NCBI GenBank assembly: GCA_964016885.1 | Contig: OZ024740.1 | Coordinates: forward strand, 250,356,001 to 250,420,000 | DNA length: 64,000 nt | Direction: 5' to 3' | Origin: Eledone cirrhosa | Taxonomy: Eukaryota | Shown here: positions 50,101 to 60,397 of the stretch, piece by piece | Layout of the letters: the number at the start of each line of letters is the position of its first letter | Position numbering within the stretch: the first letter of the stretch is position 1 | Program-made: the position numbers and the translations under genes | The notes under the pieces: model-generated | Seen by the model: the letters and a program-made list of their open reading frames with translations, nothing else | What the model was told of the DNA's origin: nothing | The model's database searches: none

Positions 50101-52820
50101 TTAGAACATTAGACGAGGCGCTTAGCAAAGGCATCGCGACCGACGTACTTGCGGCGAAATTGGCCCTTGACCAATTCTTCAATGCAAAGCACGAAGGCTG
50201 CGTTGTCAGAGCTAGGGTGCGTGCTCTCAGATTGAGGGGACGAATGCCGTTCAATAGGCCCGAGTGGCGGAGGCGCGTCGTGGCAACGAAGCCACGATCC
50301 GGTCTTTGGTGGACCACGACGGCCGCATGCTACTCGATCCCGGGCAAATGTGTGAAGCTTTTCAGCGACACTTCGCACAGCTGTTCGGGGGCAGCGGCGG
50401 GTCGCATCGAGGGATGGACTTTAGTGTCTACCTCGACGGACTGCCGCGGCTCTCGGCCACTGAGGCGGAATGTTGCGAAAAGCCGATAACAGCCGCTGAA
50501 GTACGGGAGGCAATGACTGACTGCACAAGGGGTAAATCGCCTGGTTTGGATGGTCTGCCCTATGAACTTTACGTACAGATGCCAGACTTGTTCGGAGGCC
50601 TCTTGGCGGACGTCTACTGCAACTGGCAACAGAACGGGAGAATTCCCAGCTCTGTGAGCCGAGGAGCTGTGGCGCTGCTGAGAAAGGATCCGAACAAGGG
50701 GGATAACATAGATAATTTCAGGCCCATAACTCTGCTAAACACAGAGTTCAAGATTTTGGTCAAGGTGCTAGCAAAGAGGTTGGCGCTTGTCGTGGTCTGG
50801 TGGGAGAGGCACAGACGTGCACCATTCCCGACAGATCCATCCACGACAACCTCCACCTCATGCTATACATCGTAGAGAGGGTAGCTAGGGAACCTGGCAC
50901 GGGTGGGTCCTTGATCAATTTAGATCAGTCGAAAGTTTCGATAGGGTCGACCATCGTTACCTAGCGGCAGTCCTGAGGGCGGCTGGCTTCGGGCCCGTCT
51001 TCAGAGGCTGGATCGCTGCCATGCACAGCGACATCTGCTCTGTGGTGAGAGTGAACGGTCACCTTTCGGAACCGTTCAACATAATGCGCTCGGTCCGCCA
51101 AGGATGTCCCCTCTCGTCCCTCTTGTATGTATTGACCCTCGAGCCATTACTGCACAAACTGGAGACGTTGAGGGGAGACCCGCGCGAACTAGGATCCGGA
51201 AGATCCGTGTCAGCATATGCGGACGATGTCACCGTAGTGGTGTCGAACGCCAAACACATCGAGGCGATCGGCACTACACTAAGAGAATACGAAGCGGTGA
51301 CAGGAGCAATGATCAACCAGGAAAAGTCAGTGGGCCTGCAGCTCGGCACCTGGAGAGGCAGGTCCATGCCGTCCAACAGCGTCGTCGGGCGCTGGACGGA
51401 CGGACCGGTTAAATTGCTAGGGGTCTGGTTCGGTCCGGACCTCCAGACAGACAAAAACTGGGTCGAGGTGACGAGCAGGGTGGCTTCTCTCACCCAGAAA
51501 TGGGCCTAGAGGAAGCTATCCCTGAAAGGTCAAGCGGAGGTGGCTAACGCGTACATCGCGTCCGTCATCTACTACCGCCTGACCGTCGTACCTTGTCCTA
51601 AGCCCCGCCTGACTGCGCTAGAGCGTTTGCTCTTTCGCTATTTGTGGAAGGGACGCGCTCCGATGGTCAGACGGTCCATCTGCTGTCAACACCCGCTACG
51701 TGGAGGGCTGGCCATGCCGTGGCTGATGATGCGCAGACACGCGCTCAGGCTACGACATCTCCACCTCTTCCTCGATGGTGATCAGGTGTGCTCGCCGTTT
51801 GCTAGAGACGTATTTCCCCAGCTCGTCTCTTTGATGGAGCTGCAGTTCTGGGTCAAGCGAAGACCGAGAGGGAGCGCTTGGAGACGGGAATGTCTTCAGG
51901 CGCTCACAGCTCTCGACCAATCGGGCAATGTGATCGGTGGAAACTCCACCTTGGCGTTCTATAGAGGATTAGTGGAGGGGAAGAGCGACGACGTACTTGG
52001 AGAAACTCTAGGCGTCGACGAAAATCAACTAGCCAATCTCTTCGGAAGGACTTTCGGGCCGAGGCCTATGGACAACTTCCAGAAAGCCCTGGCCTGGCAG
52101 TGCTACCGAGGAGCTTTGCCAGTTCGGGATAAACTCTACAGGCGTGGAGGTGCCGTCAGCCGGGCATGTCCGAGATGCGCGCAGGGCGACGAAACCGTCC
52201 TGCACGCACTCGTCCAGTGTCCAAGCATTGCTGACTTGTGGGTTTATGTCGAACACCTGCTGTCACGTGTAGGACGGATCCAGCTATCAGCTGAGTCCAT
52301 CGTGAGGATTGCCCCGCCCTCTTCCTTTAGCCGGGAAGGGCAGGCAGTTTTTATCTGTCTGATGGCCATGGCGAAAGAGATAGTATGGTGGACATGTTTG
52401 AAAGGGCTGAAGACGAGCACTTACCTCTTCGGTGATGCCCTGATTAACTTTTTCAAATTTCATTTGAAAAGGAAAATCAGGGTAGAGAGGGAAGTGCTCT
52501 CTTCCCAGCATTTTGTTGAAAGATGGGTGAGAGAAGCAAGTATGGCCCGAGTGAATGGGCCTACTCTGAGTATCTGTCTGTAAATTAAAGGTGGAAAACT
52601 GGGAGAGGGCACTTGCCCTGGTGGTCAGGGTCACTGTGGCCTTTTAATGGGCTTTCTCCACAAATGTCCCTCGGAAGTCTCCCACCTATTGGGGAATTTT
52701 TCATTGTTATTTTTTTATTACATCCTCTGTTATTTTTTACACGAAGAAATGCCCATTTGTACCGTCCTGTATTGTCCTTAATGTCTACTTTATGTAAACC
52801 CTTGTGGTTAATAAAGAAGG

Positions 52821-52857
<37 letters not shown>
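47127..52857 (+). mobile_element. Full-length Tx1-like F1 copy with frameshifts and stops
   Basis: 5' GGCGACCTAC start; ORF1 about 47341-49150; ORF2 49185-52583 in pieces; ATT tail. Confidence 0.94.
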
Positions 52858-53066
52858 GGCGACCTACGTAGGAAATCGTATTATCGTGAGCTCCGCAAAG
52901 GTTTGTTATTTCCGTTTGTTTAAAAATTGCCATTTATGGAAAATTTTATTGTAAACTGTTTATAAGCACACATACATTGTTTTCCGAAAAGGACACCCAA
53001 AAAGATTGGGGCCTTGTGCCCAAAATTTTAACTTTTATTATTATCCAAAAATTTCTTTGAAAAAGA

Positions 53067-55062
53067 ATGGCTAATTCCCCTCTGCACGAAGCAGCTGAAA
53101 GCCTTCCTCACAAAATAACACCTCACACCGACACCACCATTGTAAATGTTACTACGTTTGCCAACACAAAAAAAAATATAAACAGTAGCAATATTTTTAA
53201 TTTGTCTCAGGCAGACATTCATTTCCCGCCATTACCAATGACTGCAGGTGTTAAACCCTCCACCACCACCACCACCGCGACAACCACCACCACCACCACC
53301 ACCACCGCGACAACAGAAACAAAAGAAGAAAAAAATAAATTAACTCGTGACGTCGAAATGAAATCAAGCAAAATGGACTCTTCCCCACCAAAGACGACTG
53401 ACGTCACAACCACCACAACTGAAAATAAAATTAATATTAACGATAGCAACAACAACAACAATGACATTATAAAACCGACCCTCAGTTTCGGCATCGTAGC
53501 AAAACAATTCGAAGCGTTCACGGTAACCCAAGAAGATTTAGAAAATGCCAAACAAATGGTAAAGAAAGATGGGTACAGGGTCAGCCTCACCCCCCCCCCC
53601 CCCACCTAATAAAATGGAGCATCGGCGCCTGTGCACCGTGTCGTATAGAACAATAAATGTAAAATCGCGCCGAGTGGAACGGGCATCCGAGTCCCAAATC
53701 CAAAAAGCTTTGGGACATGTGTGGGCAAGAAAAACCCACATCAGACGTGGGCAAAAGTATGGAACCGTGGATGTGTTCTTTGAAACACCAGAGGAGGCTA
53801 GAGAACACTCCATGGCCCCATTAAAAAGTGACGACCTCACACTCGTCCCAAGCTATTGTGGCCAGAGACTCGTAAAGATCAGGGTGACCCACGTTCCACC
53901 AGCCATCGAAATTCCCTGGCTAATAGCGGCTGTCCTCACCGGCATCGAAGCCAACACGAAAATAATAGCAGTAGCAAAAGAAAAGCAGGAAAACTGGTCC
54001 GGATCTGGGATGGAGCTCCTGATCCAAGCGGACCTAAAAAGCATTGAGGAGATCCCAGAGGTAATAGACCTCACTGACGGCAGCCACCTCACGGTAATTG
54101 TCGAGGGCAGAAGACCTAGGTGTGTCGTTTGTGGTGAAGGAACCCACCTAAGGGCTTTCTGCCCTCAGGCTAAAAGGTTGAGGCCACCTCTCCTACCCAC
54201 CCCAGTGACAAAACCATCAACACCACCAGTAGCAGAGATGGCAGCAACAACTGTAGCAGCAACAACAGAAGCAACTATAACAGCAACAACCCCAGCAACA
54301 GTAGCAAAACCAACACCACTACCACCACCAGCAAAACCAACACCACCACCACCCAACGCTTCAGAACTAGCACCAGCGCCTACACCATCCACCACACCAC
54401 AACCAAAACTAACGGCTGTGGAGGATTTTCCACTCCCCGGCCTATCACAACTGGAGACAGATTGTGACGACGAGGAGTGGGAAACGATATCCGGAAAAAA
54501 AAAAAGAAACCAAAAAAGAAAAAATTCTCTTCCTTCCCCCTCCAAAAACAAAATACAGAGGGAAACAAATAAACTAAGAAACAAAAAAGTTAGGACAGAT
54601 ATGCCACCATCCACACCAGCATCACCAACCCCATCAACCCAAACACCAACACCATCACCATCATCATCCCCAGCACCACCATCACCTACACCACAAAAGT
54701 CACCAAAAAGCGAAACAGAAACAAACCCACAACAAACGCAAACAAAACAAAACAACCAAAACGATACACACTACACAGCATTAAATTTGAACAACAAGCA
54801 ATTATTACACTACATCCAACACAACACCAGCATCACAGAAAAAGACTACACAACAACCCCAAAATTCACACCACCTCCACACATACAAATCACTCGCATC
54901 ACACAGAAAACGTACATGACACTAAAACAAAAATTCCCCAAAGACATCGGAGACTTCCGACAAGCACTCTCCAGGAGGATTTATAAGGACATCCTTCCTG
55001 AGGAGGCCACAAGCAGTGAAAAGGATGGAAAAGCCGTCCTTCCCCTACGAGAAGTAAGGTAA
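53067..55062 (+). CDS. ORF1 nucleic-acid-binding protein (RRM-like region, CCHC knuckle, Pro/Thr-rich linker, basic patch); one frame break at the C run 53590-53603
   Basis: ORFs 53067-53609 and 53569-55062; CVVCGEGTHLRAFC is CX2CX4HX4C; WETISGKKKRNQKRK. Confidence 0.82.
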
Positions 55063-55096
55063 GTGGTCTTTCCCATCTTTTCCACTCCTTTTCAAC

Positions 55097-58000
55097 ATGA
55101 CCTCACTCAGAATAGGCAGCATAAATGCGCGTGGCTTGGGGTCGTCATGGAAGCAGGGCCACCTGCTCAACGACCTCAGGTCACTAAACATAGATGTAGT
55201 GGCCATCAGCGAGACCAGAATCTCCGAAGCACAGGCTTTCGCACCGATCTTCGGCGGCTACGATGTGTTCGCATCTCCCAGCCGTCCGGGATCGGGGGGA
55301 GGAGTTGCTGTGCTTTTTCGGAGAGGTTTGGATCTTGCCATACGGGCCATCTTCCTGGACCCAGAAGGTAAGTTGGTGGTGCTGGACGTGACCAGCGGAG
55401 ACGGGCAAGCTTTCAGGTTAGTGGCCGTCTATGCCCCGACAGGAGCAGGGCGGCCTGATTTCTTCTGGCGTCTGGAGACCTTTCTTGGAACGTCCCGCTC
55501 TTTAGTGTTAGTGGGCGACTGGAACGGGATCTTAGATGCACGCTGGGATTGTGTGGGATTAGTGGATAGGGAAGGAGGGTGCAAGAGTCTCACCAACCTG
55601 CTCAGACGTTTTGAACTGTTTGACAGGTACCGAATGGATTTCCCGAATGTACCAATGTGGACTTGGACAAATCGCATAGGGTCATCCAGATCATATCTAG
55701 ATAGAGTATTTTGTAGGGAAATAGATAGGTCTAGCATAGGCTGTCCACAATTCAAGATAGTCAGCTACACGGACCACAAATTCGTGATCTGTGTGCTTGA
55801 CTTAGATAGGCTTCATAGACGAGGACCCGGCTACTGGAAGCTAAACGCGTCCTTACCAGCGCGCAAGGCCTACAGAGACCGGATTAGCGAACTAGTTAAG
55901 CGGGCGTTGACGGGGGCCATCGTCAACAACAAGTGGTGGTTTGCTCTGAAAAGAGCAATTAGAATAGAGTCCATTAGGTTTAGTAAGACTTTAGCAATAG
56001 AGAAAAATAGAGCAGAGGGAGAATTAGTTAGAAAATTAGACGAGGCGCTTAGCAAAGGCATCGCGACCGACGTACTTGCGGCGAAATTGGCCCCTGACCA
56101 ATTCTTCAATGCAAAGCACGAAGGCTGCGTTGTCAGAGCTAGGGTGCGTGCTCTCAGACACGAGGGGACGAAAGCCGTTGAATGGGCCCGAGTGGCGGAG
56201 GCGCGTCGTGGCAACAAAGCCACGATCCGGTCTTTGGTAGACCACGACGGGCGCATGCTACTCGATCCCGGGCAAATGTGTGAAGCTTTTCAGCGACACT
56301 TCGCTCAACTGTTTGGGGGCAGTGGCGGGCCGGATCGAGGGATGGACTTTAGTGTCTACCTCGACGGACTGCCGCGGCTTTCGGCCACTGAGGCGGAGTG
56401 TTGCGAAAAGCCGATAACAACCGCTGAAGTATGGGATGCAATGACTAGTTGCACAAGGGGCAAATCGCCTGGTTTGGATGGTCTGCCCTATGAACTTTAC
56501 GTACAAATGCCAAACTTGTTCGGAGGCCTCTTGGCGGACGTCTACTGCAACTGGCAACAGAACGGGAGAATTCCCAGCTCTGTGAGCCGAGGAGCGGTGG
56601 CGCTGCTGAGAAAGGATCCGAACAAGGGGGATAACATAGATAATTTTAGGCCCATAACTCTGCTAAACACAGAGTTCAAGATTTTGGCCAAGGTGCTAGC
56701 AAAGAGGTTGGCGCTTGTCGTTGGTGGTCTGGTGGGAGAGGCACAGACATGCGCCATTCCCGACAGATCCATCCACGACAACCTCCACCTCATGCGATAC
56801 ATCGTAGAGAGGGTAGCTAGGGAACCTGGCACGGGTGGGTCTTTGATCAATTTAGATCAGTCGAAAGCCTTCGATAGGGTCGACCATCGTTACCTAGCGG
56901 CAGTCCTGAGGGCGGCTGGCTTTGGGCCCGTCTTCAGAGGCTGGATCGCTGCCATGCACAGCGACATCTGCTCTGTAGTGAGAGTGAACGGTCACCTTTC
57001 GGAACCGTTCAACATCATGCGCTCGGTCCGCCAAGGATGTCCCCTCTCGTCCCTATTGTACGTATTGACTCTCGAGCCATTACTGCACAAACTGGAGACG
57101 TTGAGGGGGGTCCCGCGCGAACTAGGATGCGGAAGATCCGTGTCAGCATATGCCGACGATGTCACCGTAGTGGTGTCGAACGCCAAACACATCGAGGCGA
57201 TCGGCACTACACTAAGAGAATACGAAGCGGTGACAGGAGCAATGATCAACCAGGAAAAGTCAGTGGGCCTGCAGCTCGGCACCTGGAGAGGCAGGTCCAT
57301 GCCGTCCAACAGCGTCGTCGGGCGCTGGACGGACGGACCGGTTAAATTGCTAGGGGTCTGGTTCGGTCCAGACCTCCAGACGGACAAAAACTGGGACGAG
57401 GTGACGAGCAGGGTGGCTTCTCTCACCCAGAAATGGGCCGAGAGGAAGCTATCCCTAAAAGGTCAAGCGGAGGTGGCGAATGCGTACATCGCATCCGTCA
57501 TCTACTACCGCCTGACCGTCGTACCTTGTCCTAAGCCCCGCCTGACTGCGCTGGAGCGTTTGCTCTTTCGCTTCTTGTGGAAGGGACGCGCTCCGATGGT
57601 CAGGCGGTCCATCTGCTGTCAACACCCGCTACGTGGAGGGCTGGGCATGCCGTGGCTGATGATGCGCAGACACGCGCTCAGGCTACGACATCTCCACCTC
57701 TTCCTCGACGGTGATCAGGTGTGGTCGCCGTTTGCAAGACACGTTTTTCCCCAGCTCGTCTCCTTGACGGAGCTGCAGTCCTGGGTCAAGCGAAGACCGA
57801 GAGGGAGCGCTTGGAGACTGGAATGTCTTCAGGCGCTCACAGCCCTCGACCAATCGGGCAATGTGATCGGTGGAAACTCCACCTTGGCGTTCTATAGGGG
57901 ATTAGTGGAGAGGAAGAGCGACGACGTACTTGGAGAAACTCTAGGCGTCGACGAAAATCAACTAGCCAATCTCTTCGGAAGGACTTTCGGGCCGGGGCCT

Positions 58001-58516
58001 ATGGACAACTTCCAGAAATCCCTGGCCTGGCAGTGCTACCGAGGAGCTTTGCCAGTTCGGGATAAACTCTACAGGCATGGAGGTGCCGTTAGCCGGGCAT
58101 GTCCGAGATGCGCGCAGGGCGACGAAACCATCCTGCACGCACTCGTCCAGTGTCCGAGCATTGCTGACTTGTGGGTTTATGTCGAACACCTGCTGTCACG
58201 TGTAGGACGGATCCAGCTATCAGCTGAGTCCATCGTGAGGATTGCCCCACCCCCTTCCTTTAGCCTGGAAGGGCAGGCAGTTTTTATCTGTCTGGTGGCC
58301 ATGGCGAAAGAGATAGTATGGTGGACACGTTTGAAAGGGCTGAAGACGAGCACTTACCTCTTCGGTGATGCCCTGATTAACTTTTTCAAATTTCATTTGA
58401 AAAGGAAAATCAGGGTAGAGAGGGAAGTGCTCTCTTCCCAGCATTTTCTTGAAAGATGGGTGAGAGAAGCAAGTATGGCCCGAATGAATGGGCCTTCTCT
58501 GAGTATGTGTCTGTAA
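55097..58516 (+). CDS. ORF2: APE endonuclease, reverse transcriptase and C-terminal Cys/His finger (1139 aa, uninterrupted)
   Basis: SINARGL, ISET, VYAP, GDWN, YLDRVF, YTDH; GKSPGLDG, RPITLLN, DQSKAFD, QGCPLS, YADD; CPRC..ETILHALVQC; typical L1/Tx1 layout. Confidence 0.96.
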   Translation: MTSLRIGSINARGLGSSWKQGHLLNDLRSLNIDVVAISETRISEAQAFAPIFGGYDVFASPSRPGSGGGVAVLFRRGLDLAIRAIFLDPEGKLVVLDVTSGDGQAFRLVAVYAPTGAGRPDFFWRLETFLGTSRSLVLVGDWNGILDARWDCVGLVDREGGCKSLTNLLRRFELFDRYRMDFPNVPMWTWTNRIGSSRSYLDRVFCREIDRSSIGCPQFKIVSYTDHKFVICVLDLDRLHRRGPGYWKLNASLPARKAYRDRISELVKRALTGAIVNNKWWFALKRAIRIESIRFSKTLAIEKNRAEGELVRKLDEALSKGIATDVLAAKLAPDQFFNAKHEGCVVRARVRALRHEGTKAVEWARVAEARRGNKATIRSLVDHDGRMLLDPGQMCEAFQRHFAQLFGGSGGPDRGMDFSVYLDGLPRLSATEAECCEKPITTAEVWDAMTSCTRGKSPGLDGLPYELYVQMPNLFGGLLADVYCNWQQNGRIPSSVSRGAVALLRKDPNKGDNIDNFRPITLLNTEFKILAKVLAKRLALVVGGLVGEAQTCAIPDRSIHDNLHLMRYIVERVAREPGTGGSLINLDQSKAFDRVDHRYLAAVLRAAGFGPVFRGWIAAMHSDICSVVRVNGHLSEPFNIMRSVRQGCPLSSLLYVLTLEPLLHKLETLRGVPRELGCGRSVSAYADDVTVVVSNAKHIEAIGTTLREYEAVTGAMINQEKSVGLQLGTWRGRSMPSNSVVGRWTDGPVKLLGVWFGPDLQTDKNWDEVTSRVASLTQKWAERKLSLKGQAEVANAYIASVIYYRLTVVPCPKPRLTALERLLFRFLWKGRAPMVRRSICCQHPLRGGLGMPWLMMRRHALRLRHLHLFLDGDQVWSPFARHVFPQLVSLTELQSWVKRRPRGSAWRLECLQALTALDQSGNVIGGNSTLAFYRGLVERKSDDVLGETLGVDENQLANLFGRTFGPGPMDNFQKSLAWQCYRGALPVRDKLYRHGGAVSRACPRCAQGDETILHALVQCPSIADLWVYVEHLLSRVGRIQLSAESIVRIAPPPSFSLEGQAVFICLVAMAKEIVWWTRLKGLKTSTYLFGDALINFFKFHLKRKIRVEREVLSSQHFLERWVREASMARMNGPSLSMCL

Positions 58517-58786
58517 ATTAAAGGTGGAAAACTGGGAGAGGGCACTTGCCCTGGTGGTCAGGGCCACTGTGGTCTTTTAATGGGCTTTCTCCACAAATGT
58601 CCCTTGGAAGTCTCCCCCCTATTGGGGAATTTTTCTTTGTTATTTTATTTCAACCTCTGTTTTTTTACACGCAGAAATGCCCATTTGTACCGTCCTGTAT
58701 TGTCCTGTACTGTCCTTAATGTCTACTTTATGTGAACCCTTGTGGTTAATAAAGAAAACATTATTATTATTATTATTATTATTATT

Positions 58787-58880
58787 AAATCCCGCCGAGG
58801 TTAACTTTGCCTTTCATCCTTACGGGGTCGATAAAATAAAGTACCAGTAATGTACTGGTTAATTGCTGGCCTTGTGCCTA
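58787..58880 (+). mobile_element. SINE fragment
   Basis: Core through GGCCTTGTGCC. Confidence 0.8.
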
Positions 58881-59290
58881 TTCTTTGAGTCTCAGTCATT
58901 GATATAATTTAACTGGAATGTTTGTTCAAATGAACATCAAGCTGCTACCTGCAGCCTCAGATATTCAGGGCGTATTAGAGGGTTCTTGCCCTTTGAAATG
59001 TTCCAAAAAAGGTGGCTGGACCAATGTTCTTTAACCATCCTTGAAAACTCTTCGAGATAGTACCTAGTGCTCCAAAGACAATCGAGACAACCTTGATCTC
59101 ATGACAGTCCGAAATCATTTTTAATTCTCACTTTAAATCGTGGTATCAGTTAATTTTCTTCTTCTCCTTTTCTTGCACACTTGTGTCAAAGGCGCAGGCT
59201 TCATTTACAATCAGGTACAATCTTTTTTCCTTGTCAAAAACCACCAGGTCAAGCCTATTGTGTTCTAATTTCTTGTCTGTCTGTATCAAA
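58881..59290 (-). mobile_element. Decayed 3' fragment of R4/Dong family A
   Basis: IQTDKKLEHNRLDLVV; the 3' UTR matches 11286-11360. Confidence 0.82.
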
Positions 59291-59539
59291 GATGATGTCA
59301 TCCTTATGCTCTTGTACTGGTGGCCAGTTCCCCACACAGTATATCTTCTGGGCTCATCCCATCCAGCATGCGATGTACGTGATCAAGCCATATATACATA
59401 TATATATATACTAGACCACCAGTGACCCGTTGGGTCACATTCACTTAAAAGTATTTTTTTTTAAATCATGTTTACTTAAAAATAATGTTTATATAATTAA
59501 GATATACACAGACATGTATATAATGTGAAATGAAATTGG

Positions 59540-60000
59540 TGTGTATGTGTGTATGTGTGTGTATCTATCTATCTATCTCTCTCTCTCTCTTTATATATAT
59601 ATGGGTGCCTGACCTATATACACTGGTCATAGACACACACACACATGTGTATACACACACACACACACATATATATACTCACACACACATATATACTCAC
59701 ACACACATATATACTCACACACACACACATATATATATATATACTCACACACACACACACATATATATATATACACACACACATCTTGTCCTAACACAGG
59801 TTATATGACACATATCACTAACTTTGAGTTAGATACAGTAAATCTGTATTTGATTCTTTATAATTTAATTCAACAACACCATCAGGTCTCTCTCTCTCTT
59901 CCATTTTTCTTCTCTGTCTCCTTTTCTCTCTCTCTCTCTCTGTATGTCTCTCTTTCAATCTACTCTCTCACAAACATTATCTCTTTCTCTCTCTCTATTT
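59540..60000. repeat. Mixed (TG)/(CT)/(TA)/(CA) microsatellite region
   Basis: Direct reading. Confidence 0.85.
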
Positions 60001-60186
60001 ATGAAGATACCCGGAAAAACCCTATATCTCAGGATCCCATGCTCAATTTACGCGAAACTTGTTTTATTCCATTTGTATTCCCATTTCAGGGGTGACTTTC
60101 TTTGAAAGTATTTTCCCATCATGAACTGTTTTGGCTGTATTAACTTACAGACACAATCACAGAGTTTTAGTTGTATATATATATGT

Positions 60187-60359
60187 AATTGTTTCTACTT
60201 TAGGCACAAGGCCAGTAATTACCCAGTGCATTACTGGTACTTTATTTTATCGACCCCGTGATGAAAGGCAAAGTCAACCTCGGCGGGATTTGAACTCAGA
60301 TCGTAAAGGGACGTAACTATGCTGGAAAACATGGCGTCCGACCCTCTACCGATACTGCC
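60187..60359 (-). mobile_element. SINE, minus strand, between (TA)n tracts
   Basis: Reverse complement of the SINE consensus (GGATTTGAACTC is the B box). Confidence 0.88.
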
Positions 60360-60397
60360 TATATATATATATATAATGCGTGAGTATGTGTGTGTGT

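Larger units (their letters stand above)
52858..58786 (+). mobile_element. Full-length, near-intact Tx1-like F1 LINE (about 5.9 kb)
   Basis: 5' UTR, ORF1, intact ORF2, 3' UTR with AATAAA, (ATT)n on both sides. Confidence 0.96.

Noticed and set aside
53005-53026. GGCCTTGTGCCCAAAA in the F1 5' UTR resembling the SINE tail
   Set aside because: Short match, not kept in the other two F1 copies (GGCCTTGAGCCC)
55184-58567. Recurring minus-strand ORFs overlapping ORF2
   Set aside because: They recur only because the copies are near-identical; no recognisable domains
59405-59440. Possible Helitron-like end (TATACTAG followed by a GTGACCC/GGGTCAC hairpin)
   Set aside because: Single short motif with no second end or second copy in the window
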